Origin: an uncultured Hyphomicrobiales bacterium
GTDB taxonomy: Bacteria > Bacteroidota > Ignavibacteria > Kapaibacteriales > UBA2268
DNA length: 64,000 nt
Direction: 5' to 3'
Assembly (NCBI GenBank): GCA_964650885.1
Contig: CAZYXG010000004.1
Location: 9,723-73,722 of the forward strand
Positions within the stretch are counted from its first letter, which is position 1; every line of letters starts with the position of its first letter. The notes under the pieces are model-generated. The model saw nothing but the letters and a program-made list of their open reading frames with translations, was not told the DNA's origin and did not search any database. The position numbers were made by a program, and so were the translations under genes. Shown here one piece after another: positions 1 to 9,253 of this stretch.

Positions 1-1653
1 CCCAATAACTAATAGTTCTTTGCCTGATATTAATTCTCCATCGGCAAGATTAGTAATTTCGTAGTAGAAAATATAAGCTCCGCTATCCAAATTATCACCT
101 TTGTCATTTCTTCCGTCCCAAAGCAAATTAATTTCCTTGCCTACTGGCTCTGCCAAAGTTATTGTTCTTCTAATAGCAGCAGTCAAATCCAGTATTTGTG
201 CCGTAATTTTTGCCTGCGTAAAGTTAGTATTCATAGTGATTCTACATATCCCATCTTTTGAATTGGATTTAATAAATGGGTTTGGCTCTATACTTATTGT
301 GTTTGCTTTTGTTTCGCTCAGACTTGAATTTGCTTCGCCAGGTGTGTTACCTCGCAAGTTGCTACTTGTGGTCCAGTTAGACTTGAATTTGCTTTCCAAA
401 TTTGGATTAGTTTTCTCCAAACTTTTGTTTTTATTATTCTCACTAAATTTGGAATGCCAATCAATTGCATAAATAAGCGAATCCAAAGTTGTACCATTGG
501 CATCTTTGAGCAGTATCATATCGCCATCGTTAGAGTTTAGCTCCAAATTTTTATTCACAATGATTACTTTGCTCAAGTCTGCCATTCTGCTAAATATAGT
601 TGAATCGCTTGCTACTACGAAATAACTATTCGGAGCAATTGAATGGAGTGTATCTTTTATGTTAATTAAAGCAAGCCCAGATTTTGCACTTACATTTTCG
701 TAATACTGCAAGCCATAAAGAAAAACAGAATCTCCAGTTGGATTCCAAAGTTCGATAAATTCACAAAAGCCAGTTTCTGGGTCGTACATAATTTCGTTAA
801 TTCTGATGTTGCTTTCAGGTGCAGAAATAAAATCTGCAAATAAACTTGTGTCATTCTGTCGATTTTGGTCGCTCTGCAAACTGCAAACATTTTTAATATT
901 AACTGCTCCACTAAAAAGATTGCTAATCTGAATTTTTCCTATGTCAATGATAACACTATCGTCGCTTTGTATTTCTTGGATGCTTCGTGTTAGTTCGAAG
1001 TTTCTGTCTTTAGTAAATCTTTTTTCAAAAACAGTTGTGAGAATAAACGGATTAGTTTTATTTCTTCCAATATTTTTAATTGTTAACTGAACTGTGTCTT
1101 TATTTGATTTTATATTTTCAATCGTTACATCGAACTCTCTTCTTGAAGTGCTATTGAAAGCACAAGGGGTGGCAAAAGAATTCACAATGCACTTTTTCCA
1201 ATTGCTTTTGCTTATTGCTGGCTTTGCATAATCGAATCTTTCGAGAGAAGAAGGAGCTGCTCCCCATTTGAAATCGTAATAAGTAGAATCAATTATTTGA
1301 GAATTTGAATCAAGCAAAAGTATTGCATCTGTTGTATTGTTCAAGCTAGGAATTGTTTTTTGCAATAGCTTTGCAGCCGAGTGTAATGTATAGAAAGTTT
1401 TTAAAGCTGCTGTATCGGAGCAGACAACAAGAAAATCATTTGCGTTAATAGTTATATCGCCAATTTCCTTAACCCCACTTAGGTCTTTTAGCTTTGCTTT
1501 TGTAATTGTAATTGCTGTTTGGCTTGGGTTATAAAGTTCTAACCACTCTGGTTCACCAGAGCGTGGAGCAATCATCAGCTCATTGACAACAATTTGGCTG
1601 TTCAGTTGCAAATTGAGTGTAAACAATATTATTATGCAAACTATAAGATTCAT
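1..1653 (-). CDS. Secreted T9SS-cargo protein with two lamin-tail-like (LTD) domains and a Por/T9SS C-terminal domain; the C-terminus runs off the window edge
   Basis: Own minus-strand translation (absent from the ORF track because there is no in-window stop). Starts MNLIVCIIILFTLNLQLNSQ (signal peptide). Then VVNELMIAPRSGEPEWLELYNPS and INEIMYDPETGFCEFIELWNPTGDSVF (LTD-type motifs). Ends ...EPNPFIKSNSKDGICRITMN...DSGAYIFYYEITNLADGE (CTD-like). The ATG (revcomp of 1651-1653) overlaps the TGA of upstream msrC (ATGA). Confidence 0.6.
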   Translation of the reverse strand, partial: MNLIVCIIILFTLNLQLNSQIVVNELMIAPRSGEPEWLELYNPSQTAITITKAKLKDLSGVKEIGDITINANDFLVVCSDTAALKTFYTLHSAAKLLQKTIPSLNNTTDAILLLDSNSQIIDSTYYDFKWGAAPSSLERFDYAKPAISKSNWKKCIVNSFATPCAFNSTSRREFDVTIENIKSNKDTVQLTIKNIGRNKTNPFILTTVFEKRFTKDRNFELTRSIQEIQSDDSVIIDIGKIQISNLFSGAVNIKNVCSLQSDQNRQNDTSLFADFISAPESNIRINEIMYDPETGFCEFIELWNPTGDSVFLYGLQYYENVSAKSGLALINIKDTLHSIAPNSYFVVASDSTIFSRMADLSKVIIVNKNLELNSNDGDMILLKDANGTTLDSLIYAIDWHSKFSENNKNKSLEKTNPNLESKFKSNWTTSSNLRGNTPGEANSSLSETKANTISIEPNPFIKSNSKDGICRITMNTNFTQAKITAQILDLTAAIRRTITLAEPVGKEINLLWDGRNDKGDNLDSGAYIFYYEITNLADGELISGKELLVIG

Positions 1654-2162
1654 TGCTTTTGGTATATTTTTTCAATAATAGAAAAATCAGTAAGATTTAT
1701 GAATATAGCTAATGCCTTAGTCAAATAATCAGCCGTTTCTTTGTCAAATCTTGACTTAATTGGGCTGTCCAAATCGAATACTCCGTAAAGCATACCATCT
1801 TTAATAAGCGGTAATACCATTTCCGATGCAGAAGCCGAATCGCAAGCTATATGTCCAGGGAAGGAGTGTACATCGTCAACAATTACTATGCTTTTTTCAC
1901 TTGCTGCTTTGCCACAAACTCCTCTCGACAAATCAATTCGCACACAAGCAGTTCTGCCTATGAATGAAGAAAGGATTAATTCCGATCCAGAAAGCAAATA
2001 AAACCCCGCCCAGTTCAAATTGTTCAAGGAGTGGTAAATAAAAGCAGAAAAGTTAGCAGAATTAGCTAAGAAATTTTTTTCATCAGCAAATAAGCTTTCT
2101 ATCATTTTTAGCTTTTCTTCATTGCTAAATTTTGTCAAATCTAACGAGTTGTCTATATCCAT
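1650..2162 (-). CDS. msrC: Free methionine-(R)-sulfoxide reductase, GAF domain (YebR/MsrC family)
   Basis: 170 aa. Motifs NLNWAGFYLL, GRTACVRI, SRGVCGKA and DVHSFPGHIACDSASASEMVLPL match the E. coli YebR/fRMsr signature (INWAGFYLL, ACVRI, GRGVCG, DVHVFDGHIACD..SEIVLPL). Confidence 0.8.
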   Translation of the reverse strand: MDIDNSLDLTKFSNEEKLKMIESLFADEKNFLANSANFSAFIYHSLNNLNWAGFYLLSGSELILSSFIGRTACVRIDLSRGVCGKAASEKSIVIVDDVHSFPGHIACDSASASEMVLPLIKDGMLYGVFDLDSPIKSRFDKETADYLTKALAIFINLTDFSIIEKIYQKQ

Positions 2163-2222
2163 CTATTGTTATCCATTTATTTTTTTGTAAATTAAAAAAA
2201 TTATTTCTAATAATAAATAAAA

Positions 2223-2903
2223 TTGTCAAAATTTATTAAAACTCTAAAGTTCGATTCGGTAATATTTGACTGTATAATAGTGTTAGGTGGAGAGTTTTCA
2301 GAATTTGAGATATTCGACAAATTACCTACAGCCACTATAATTGCGGCCGATTCTGGTTTCCATAATATGATTGGAGCAAACACCAAACCCCACATACTAA
2401 TTGGGGATTTGGATTCACATTCTGATGAAGAATTAGAACAAATGCCACTGGAAATTGAAATAGTGAAAATTGTGGAGCAAGAGACCAATGACTTTGAAAA
2501 AGCTGTGCAACATGCTATTAGACTTGAAAAAAAGAACTTGTTGGTAGTTGGTATGAATGGTGGTTATTTAGAGCATACTCTCAATAATTGGTCAGTTTTT
2601 GCGAAGCTTAGCAAATTAGTAAACTTAGTTTATTTTGAAAAAGACAGATATGCAATAAGCTTGGAAAAGGGTGTGCAATTGAAAACAACAAAAAATGAAA
2701 TAATTTCAATTATTCCTCAACCCAACGCTATACTTTCCACTATTGGTTTGAAATGGGAACTTGATAACTACGCACTTTCTATTGGTGGAAAAGAAGGGGC
2801 AAGAAATGTAGCAATTGGAAATGAAATAACTATAGATGTTCATTTAGGAGAAATCTTGCTTTTTATAGATTCAAAACTTCCATATACGGCAAGCTATAAT
2901 TAA
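2223..2903 (+). CDS. thiN: Thiamine pyrophosphokinase
   Basis: 226 aa. IIAADSGFHNM, ILIGDLDSHS and QETNDFEKAV match the thiamine pyrophosphokinase pattern (ADGGAN, GDFDS, QDTTDFEKAL). Divergent from msrC. Confidence 0.7.
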   Translation: MSKFIKTLKFDSVIFDCIIVLGGEFSEFEIFDKLPTATIIAADSGFHNMIGANTKPHILIGDLDSHSDEELEQMPLEIEIVKIVEQETNDFEKAVQHAIRLEKKNLLVVGMNGGYLEHTLNNWSVFAKLSKLVNLVYFEKDRYAISLEKGVQLKTTKNEIISIIPQPNAILSTIGLKWELDNYALSIGGKEGARNVAIGNEITIDVHLGEILLFIDSKLPYTASYN

Positions 2904-3499
2904 TCAGCTTGTAGTGCAATTTGTAGTAACTTCAAATAACTTGCTCTAGTAATTTCTACTGCACCAAGAAGTTTTGTGTGGTCATTTATAAATTGTGAGT
3001 CCAGCAAAATATATTTGTTAAATTTAAGCACTTCAATCAAATAATAGAAAGCAGATTTAGAAGCACCGCTCACATTGGTGAACATTGATTCTCCAAAGAA
3101 TGCCTTTCCAATACTGACTCCATATAAACCACCTACAATTTCATTATCTTTCCAAGTTTCTATAGAGACACCAAAGCCCATATCGGATAACTCCTTATAA
3201 ACTTGGATGATTTCTTCAGAAATCCAAGTACTTTCTCTAGCGGCACAGGTTCTAATCACAAATTCAAAATCTGCATTTAAAGTGTGGGTATAGCCAAATT
3301 TTTTAGCTTGTTGCCTCACTGAGCGTGGCGGATTAATGTCATAGATTGGAAAAACAGCTCTTGGCTCTGGAGAATACCAATATATTTTCCCATCGTCATC
3401 GTCTGCCATTGGAAAATATCCATTTGAATATGCCTCTAAAATCATATTCGGAGATATTATTTCAATATTTTGAGTGATTTTTTCATTCTTTTCGTTCAT
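2900..3499 (-). CDS. aat: Leucyl/phenylalanyl-tRNA--protein transferase
   Basis: 199 aa. GYFPMADDDDGKIYWYSPEPRAVFPI matches Aat (GIFPWF...WWSPDPRAV). The 3' end overlaps thiN by 4 nt (convergent). Confidence 0.75.
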   Translation of the reverse strand: MNEKNEKITQNIEIISPNMILEAYSNGYFPMADDDDGKIYWYSPEPRAVFPIYDINPPRSVRQQAKKFGYTHTLNADFEFVIRTCAARESTWISEEIIQVYKELSDMGFGVSIETWKDNEIVGGLYGVSIGKAFFGESMFTNVSGASKSAFYYLIEVLKFNKYILLDSQFINDHTKLLGAVEITRASYLKLLQIALQAD

Positions 3500-3591
3500 A
3501 AGATACTAAGTTACTAATTTTCTGATTATTGTGATTGTTATTAAAGATTAAAATCTTTAAATTGTATATATTCTTTATATAAATTCAAGCG

Positions 3592-4005
3592 ATGTACAAA
3601 ATGAAAATGAAAGAAATATTCGAATCTTGCAAAACAATTGCTGTAGTGGGAATGAGTAGAGATTTGAATAAAGCTGCCCACACAGTACCTGGCTATATGA
3701 AAAAAAAGGGCTATACTCTTTATCCCGTAAATCCTTTCACGGAAAGAATTATGGGATTAGATGTTTATAAAAATTTGATGGACATACCTCATCAAATTGA
3801 TATGGTCAATGTATTCCGACCTGCACAAGACTGCTTAGATATTGTGGAAGAAGCTGTGAAACGCAGAAAGGAAAAGGGCGATATTAAGTTGATTTGGCTG
3901 CAATTAGGCATTATCAATAACGATGCTAAAATGCTTGCTGAGGAAAACGGAATTGAATTTATTCAAGATAAATGTATCTATGTGGAACACAAAAACATTA
4001 GCTGA
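3592..4005 (+). CDS. CoA-binding domain protein (YccU-like)
   Basis: 137 aa. IAVVGMSRDLNKAAHTV...GYTLYPVNP...VNVFRP is the CoA_binding_2 pattern. The true start may be the downstream MKMKEIF. Confidence 0.65.
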   Translation: MYKMKMKEIFESCKTIAVVGMSRDLNKAAHTVPGYMKKKGYTLYPVNPFTERIMGLDVYKNLMDIPHQIDMVNVFRPAQDCLDIVEEAVKRRKEKGDIKLIWLQLGIINNDAKMLAEENGIEFIQDKCIYVEHKNIS

Positions 4006-4714
4006 TGTTTTGCATTGCCATTAATTTTTCGGGGTAATCAGTTCCAACAGAGCTTACTCCGAGTTGCAATGCTTTATCCAAATCCTGTTGAGAATTCACT
4101 CCATAGCAAGCGAAAGGCATGCCTATTGATTTAGCATCATCTGCAATTTTAGGAGTGATTTCATTAATGTCATTTACGAATAAATCAAAATCTATATACT
4201 TGGCTACTTCCGAAGGCATAATATTTTTGTCAGGTTCAGCGATATATCCAACAAGTGCATTTGGAGTAGCTTTTTTAATTTCATTTAAAATTTGTGGATA
4301 GAAAGAAACAAAAATTGTGTTTTCAATCATATCTGCATTTATTATTTTTTTCAAAATTATACTTGTAAAAATAGAGCAACTTTCTTTTAACTCCAAAACC
4401 AAATATGATTTCTCTTTTACTAATTCAATAACTTTATCTAAAGTAAGTAGTCCAGATTTTAGTTTCGCAATTGCAGAGAAATTTTCATTTTCAAATTTAA
4501 TCTGACGATTTGATTCAACTAAGAAATCATCGTGGTATGCAATTACTTCGTCTTTGCAGGCAACCAAATCAATTTCGATAGCTTTTATTCCCATTTGAAT
4601 AGCTTTTTCAATCGACACAAGAGAATTCTCCAATTCGATTGAATCGCCAGCTCCAGCTCTATGAGCTACCATAAAGAACTTTGTGCTTCTAGCATATTCT
4701 TTTAATGTCATCAT
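3998..4714 (-). CDS. Glycerophosphodiester phosphodiesterase (GDPD family)
   Basis: 238 aa. FMVAHRAGAG...ENSL...IEIDLVACKDEVIAYHD is the GDPD catalytic HR..ENT...E.D...T.DG..V..HD pattern. It overlaps the 3' end of the CoA-binding gene by 8 nt. Confidence 0.7.
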   Translation of the reverse strand: MMTLKEYARSTKFFMVAHRAGAGDSIELENSLVSIEKAIQMGIKAIEIDLVACKDEVIAYHDDFLVESNRQIKFENENFSAIAKLKSGLLTLDKVIELVKEKSYLVLELKESCSIFTSIILKKIINADMIENTIFVSFYPQILNEIKKATPNALVGYIAEPDKNIMPSEVAKYIDFDLFVNDINEITPKIADDAKSIGMPFACYGVNSQQDLDKALQLGVSSVGTDYPEKLMAMQNIS

Positions 4715-4725
4715 ATTGCGACTAC

Positions 4726-5334
4726 TTAATCTTCTCTTAATTTAACTTCTTCAAATGGAAAACCTAATTTCTTTTTGATGTTTTCAAGTATTTTAGTTTC
4801 TAAAAAGCCATTAGATTTCCAGAAATGCACTTCGCCTGTAACAAAGCTTTCCATTCCGCTAATTTCGCCTTTCACTTCAATATTCACAGATTGGTCTTCG
4901 TTTTCAGTGAGCAACACTTTATATTGCATTCTGCCATTTTCCCAAATACCACCACGAATAACTGGTACTTTTAAGCTATACTTCTTCAAATTTCCAAATG
5001 TTTCTTCTTTGCCTAACGAAAACACACAATAATCTGAAAATACTTTTCCCTTATTGAATCCTTTTTCGTCTTTAAGTACTTTATTGACAGATATTTGGCA
5101 GTTTGTTTCGGTGATTGCTTCGGCTGAAGCTTTCTGCACTAAATCGAAATAATCGAATTGACCTTTGGAATCGGCTAAGTATTCATATTTTTCTTTGAAA
5201 AATTTTAACGATTCATCAATTTTCTTCTCTGCTTCTTCAAATTGAGGTTTATCTTCTTCTTGGGCAAATAAATTAGAGCTTAGCGAAGAAATAGCCAATA
5301 AGAGTAAGAGTAATTTTTTCATTGAGTTATCCAA
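4726..5334 (-). CDS. Hypothetical secreted protein with signal peptide
   Basis: 202 aa. MKKLLLLLLAISSLSSNLFAQ is an SPI-type signal. No recognisable catalytic motif. Lies 11 nt upstream of the GDPD gene and 4 nt downstream of the SBP gene (likely one operon). Confidence 0.45.
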   Translation of the reverse strand: MDNSMKKLLLLLLAISSLSSNLFAQEEDKPQFEEAEKKIDESLKFFKEKYEYLADSKGQFDYFDLVQKASAEAITETNCQISVNKVLKDEKGFNKGKVFSDYCVFSLGKEETFGNLKKYSLKVPVIRGGIWENGRMQYKVLLTENEDQSVNIEVKGEISGMESFVTGEVHFWKSNGFLETKILENIKKKLGFPFEEVKLRED

Positions 5335-5338
5335 TATT

Positions 5339-6157
5339 TTAGTTAATTATTCGCTGCATACGGCGAACTAAATTTAGAAAGAAATCACTATATTTTCTCT
5401 GATTGTCCTTCCCGTAAATGTCAAGGTAAAACAAATTTGTTTTTAATGCAAATGAAATTTCTTTATCTATAGGCAAAATGTTGGTTTCTAAGCCAACTAC
5501 CTTAATCATTTCGCCTTCCATTTTTGAATGTGTTGACTCTAATTGTTTACTTCCTTCAATTTTATATTCAGCACCTCTATTCAAATTTGCAAGTATGTCA
5601 ATCCCATATCTATTTGTAAAGTATTCAAAACCAATGGTTAGCACTATAATCTTTTTACCGTTAGAATTGGGCAAAAGTTTCAAAGATTGTTTGTACAGCA
5701 AATCAAGTTTCTTTGAAAAGTTTTCTGAATTAACTTTTATATCCTCTGCATAATCGGGGAAAACCTTTTGCAAACTATCGGAAAGTTTTGCTGCCACTAA
5801 CTTTACAGAAAGTGGGTCTAACCAAAAATAAGGATTGCTCGATTTTGCTTGTGCAGAATCGTTTGCTCCGAGTGCCTCTTTTTCTAATAATTCTGATGCA
5901 TTGATTTTCACCTTCAGTTTGATATTGCTTGACGCATCGCCTGCGTGTATATAGACACGGGCTGATTCGGATAGATTTTTTGCATTGCCAATTTGTTTTC
6001 CGTCTTTCATTAGTGAGTTAACTCTAATCCTTGTGCCTACAATTTCCTGCAAAATTAGTTCTAATGCTTTATTGGAAGTGCAAATTATGTTTGCTTGTGC
6101 AAGCGAAGCAAATGTGGAAAACAAAAAGCAAATTGATAAAAGTGAAACTTTCTTCAT
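5339..6157 (-). CDS. Metal (Zn/Mn) ABC-transporter substrate-binding protein, ZnuA/TroA-like; no adjacent permease or ATPase
   Basis: 272 aa with signal peptide MKKVSLLSICFLFSTFASLAQA. NPYFWLDPLSVKLVAAKLSDSLQKVFPDYAEDIKVNSENFSKKLDLL matches the ZnuA (H/N)xWLDP...Y.N...F...L core. Confidence 0.55.
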   Translation of the reverse strand: MKKVSLLSICFLFSTFASLAQANIICTSNKALELILQEIVGTRIRVNSLMKDGKQIGNAKNLSESARVYIHAGDASSNIKLKVKINASELLEKEALGANDSAQAKSSNPYFWLDPLSVKLVAAKLSDSLQKVFPDYAEDIKVNSENFSKKLDLLYKQSLKLLPNSNGKKIIVLTIGFEYFTNRYGIDILANLNRGAEYKIEGSKQLESTHSKMEGEMIKVVGLETNILPIDKEISFALKTNLFYLDIYGKDNQRKYSDFFLNLVRRMQRIIN

Positions 6158-6254
6158 TTTTGGTATAATTTATGATAGAATTTTACTGTTTTGTATGTTT
6201 TGTTTATGCAAATTATTACAAAAAAATATATTAATCGCTATCAAAGGTGGGGAA

Positions 6255-9233
6255 ATGAAATCCCATAGAAAATTAATTTTTTCAAATATGAGAAGTAAAA
6301 GCATCGAAATGCTAAAGATTATTGCATTAAGCATTGGTCTTTTTTCTACAATTGGCTTAAATGCACAGACTGTATTTCCTGCAAGTCCAGCAAATTGGCT
6401 ATACCCAAATGGAAATATGCAAGCCACTCGATGGCTGCGATACCCATCGGTTGTGAGCCAAAGTTTAGATTCTTTCAATTTGAAATGGTCTTCTGGTGCA
6501 ATTGCTGGCGATGTGCAGCCACTAATTGGAAACATTATCAATAATGGTAAAGTTTTCGACGATTTCCCCTTTGCTCCAAATGAGATTTCAGCTGTGATAG
6601 GTAATGATATTATTGTGATTGATGGCTCAGGCAAATCATTCATTAAAAAGAAACCAGACGACATTAAATTATTGAAAAATGTTTCAGTTCTTATAGACAC
6701 TTTAAATACTGGCTTCGATGATTTACATGTGAATCCTGTAGTGATGGGTATTGAAACAATTGAAAGCAATTCAGAAGATTCTCTTGCTTTTGCTTATTTG
6801 GCTGGTTTTAACAACTCACTCAACAATACCGTTTACTTAAAACGTATGGCTATAGATATGAGAGCTTATGCTCCAAATATTTATGCAGGTGTGAAGCCAG
6901 TTTATGCAAGAAAAAATGGCGATTCACTTTATATTTACGCAACTATTAATTCATCGAATCCAATTGTAGCAAATGGAGTTTATGAGCCAAACCAAACACC
7001 TTTTATTCGTGGGCTTACTCAATTCAATGCTAGCACAAAATTACCAAACTATCCTTCTTATGATATTGCTGATATTGTAAGCAATAGATTGAATTTTGGA
7101 CCTGAAATTAGTTTGCAGCAGCCATCTATTAGCCAGTTTGGCTCAAAAGGTGGAATTCTATTGCCTACTTACCCAACTACGAGTATGCAGGTTACTATTA
7201 AAAATGAAAACACATTCGAAACAAATAGCGAAGAAAGCTATTCACTTGGCTTCAATATTGGAGTGAACCCAGCAGACCAGTTGTATAATCCTTTTTCTAT
7301 GACACAAATTGCTACTGGCACTCGTCCGCTCACTCGTTCATACTTTGTGAAATTGAGAAATGGTAACAATGCTGAAGATGATTTTGTTTTGGTTAGCGAG
7401 GAATATAAAGGAATTGATGGCTCGGTTGGACAATCGAAATTGCACTTATTCGCAAAAGATGGTTCGCCTATTACTTTGCCAAACGATATTGATTTCCCTC
7501 CTTTTAAAGGAAATAATAATCACCTATGGTCTGTAGCAGTTGGAAATGTGGACGGAAACGCTCCAAATAATTCCAATTTCTATCCTAACAATCAAGGCAA
7601 CGAAATAATCGTAACTCAATCGACAAAAGATTTTGCTTTTCCAAAAAGCAAATTATTTGTGCTGAAATACAATACAAATAGACTTGACAAACCAACTCCG
7701 CCAAATACTATTCTATTCCCATTCGATACAATTTGCACTTCGCAAGTAAATGGCTGGGTGGCGGCTATAAACGATTTGGACAGGAGTGGCGACGGAAAAG
7801 ACGAAATAGTGGTGGTTGATGGCTCTACGCTTCGTGTATTGCGAATGAGAAACTATTCAGATGATAGATTCACTTATGGTTATGTGTTCGATACAGTTTA
7901 CACAAAAGAATTTAACAAAGAATCTATTTCTGCTGCAATGATAGCCGATATGGATGGTGATGGTAGAAACGACATTATCGTAACGACATACAAAGCTACT
8001 TATGTGATTGGAATTCCATTGCAAAACACATTGAAAGTGTTGAGTCCAAGAATAGCTCCTGCTAAAGTGGATTACTGCTTAGGCGACACAGTTGATCTTG
8101 TTTGGAAAAATGTACTTACTTCCACAAGCAAAGTAGATATTTATTTTGCAGAATATGTGCAAATCACAACTCCAGTTAATATGCTTGTGCCTTCTGGAAC
8201 TGTTACTAAAATTAGAAGCGATTTAGATAATAATCTTGACACACTTATAAATAAGATTGTTGTGGATACAACATTGCTTGGTAAGTTTGGAAAATTCATA
8301 GTTGCCAGTCAAGATAACCCTACTCAAATGTTTGACACAACGGCAATGCTTAGTTTCCAAACATTACTGCCTCAGCTTGATTCTTTGCCTTTAGGTAAAT
8401 TACAAGTGGGTAAATTATTGACTTTAAGTGGAACAACAGCTTGCATAGACTCTCTAAAGTTAGAATATAAATCAGATTCCGTATGGCTTGTTATTGCAGA
8501 ATCTATTGTTAATTCAAGCGGACGCTTTATGCTTAGCGGCGATGTGCCTTGCTTGAATATATTTAACTGCGACACTATGGATGTGGATAGCACAATAACA
8601 ACTAGGATAAAAGCATTCAAAAGTGGTTTTAGCCAAAATTCATCAACTTTCCGATTTGGTGTGATTCCAGCGGACTTCCCAATTAAAATAGATTCTGGAT
8701 TGAGTGCATCGCCTGGGCGAGTGATTCGCTGGAATATTTCGGACATTAAATACTCTTGCGATACAGTAGGTTTCTATTTCTCGTTGGACGGCACTAATTA
8801 TGGAAGAATTGAGCAAATAAGAGCCACAAAAGAATACTACGAATGGAATGTGCCTGAGAGTCTGCCTGATACTATTTTATTCAGAGTTTGCTGCGAAAAT
8901 TCTTGTGTACGAACTGATACAATCCTTACAGGTACAAAAGCAAAGTATATCCAAATTGTGGCTCCAAATCCATTTTCGCCAGTCAATGAACAAGTAGAAT
9001 TCATTTATACTGTGCCAGAGGATATTGCTGTTAGCATTAGAATAATTGACGAAAATAATCGAATAGTCGCAGAACCTATTTTGAACCAAATTAGAAGCAG
9101 AGGAATAGTCTATACAGATAGATGGGACGGCACTTTAAGCAATGGTTCGCTTGCTGCAAATGGACATTACTATTTGCGTTTAGAGCTTGCAAACGGAAAA
9201 ATTGAAATATATTCTTTGTTTGTAAGAAAATAA
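6255..9233 (+). CDS. T9SS-sorted secreted protein with FG-GAP/VCBS-type repeats and a C-terminal FlgD-Ig/T9SS sorting domain
   Basis: Track ORF 5985..9233. The first 270 nt overlap the opposite-strand SBP gene and lack a signal peptide. The in-frame ATG at 6255 (MKSHRKL...; alternative 6289 MRSKSIEMLKIIALSIGLFSTIGLNAQ) gives a signal peptide. Repeats DLDRSGDGKDEIVVVDG and DMDGDGRNDIIVTTY are FG-GAP-like. The C-terminus ...APNPFSPVNEQVEFIY...ANGHYYLRLELANGKIEIYSLFVRK is CTD-like. Confidence 0.65.
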   Translation: MKSHRKLIFSNMRSKSIEMLKIIALSIGLFSTIGLNAQTVFPASPANWLYPNGNMQATRWLRYPSVVSQSLDSFNLKWSSGAIAGDVQPLIGNIINNGKVFDDFPFAPNEISAVIGNDIIVIDGSGKSFIKKKPDDIKLLKNVSVLIDTLNTGFDDLHVNPVVMGIETIESNSEDSLAFAYLAGFNNSLNNTVYLKRMAIDMRAYAPNIYAGVKPVYARKNGDSLYIYATINSSNPIVANGVYEPNQTPFIRGLTQFNASTKLPNYPSYDIADIVSNRLNFGPEISLQQPSISQFGSKGGILLPTYPTTSMQVTIKNENTFETNSEESYSLGFNIGVNPADQLYNPFSMTQIATGTRPLTRSYFVKLRNGNNAEDDFVLVSEEYKGIDGSVGQSKLHLFAKDGSPITLPNDIDFPPFKGNNNHLWSVAVGNVDGNAPNNSNFYPNNQGNEIIVTQSTKDFAFPKSKLFVLKYNTNRLDKPTPPNTILFPFDTICTSQVNGWVAAINDLDRSGDGKDEIVVVDGSTLRVLRMRNYSDDRFTYGYVFDTVYTKEFNKESISAAMIADMDGDGRNDIIVTTYKATYVIGIPLQNTLKVLSPRIAPAKVDYCLGDTVDLVWKNVLTSTSKVDIYFAEYVQITTPVNMLVPSGTVTKIRSDLDNNLDTLINKIVVDTTLLGKFGKFIVASQDNPTQMFDTTAMLSFQTLLPQLDSLPLGKLQVGKLLTLSGTTACIDSLKLEYKSDSVWLVIAESIVNSSGRFMLSGDVPCLNIFNCDTMDVDSTITTRIKAFKSGFSQNSSTFRFGVIPADFPIKIDSGLSASPGRVIRWNISDIKYSCDTVGFYFSLDGTNYGRIEQIRATKEYYEWNVPESLPDTILFRVCCENSCVRTDTILTGTKAKYIQIVAPNPFSPVNEQVEFIYTVPEDIAVSIRIIDENNRIVAEPILNQIRSRGIVYTDRWDGTLSNGSLAANGHYYLRLELANGKIEIYSLFVRK

Positions 9234-9253
9234 TTTTTCTTAATTTTGAAACT

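Noticed and set aside
101-472. 123-aa plus-strand ORF (MSFLPSQSKLISLPTGSAKVIVLLIAAV...)
   Set aside because: It lies entirely antisense to the well-supported LTD/T9SS gene at 1..1653 (-). It is low-complexity and hydrophobic, with no motif support. Likely spurious.
5985-6254. N-terminal 90 codons of the track ORF 5985..9233
   Set aside because: It overlaps the opposite-strand ZnuA-like gene and has no signal peptide. The in-frame ATG at 6255 or 6289 yields a proper signal peptide for a T9SS cargo protein.
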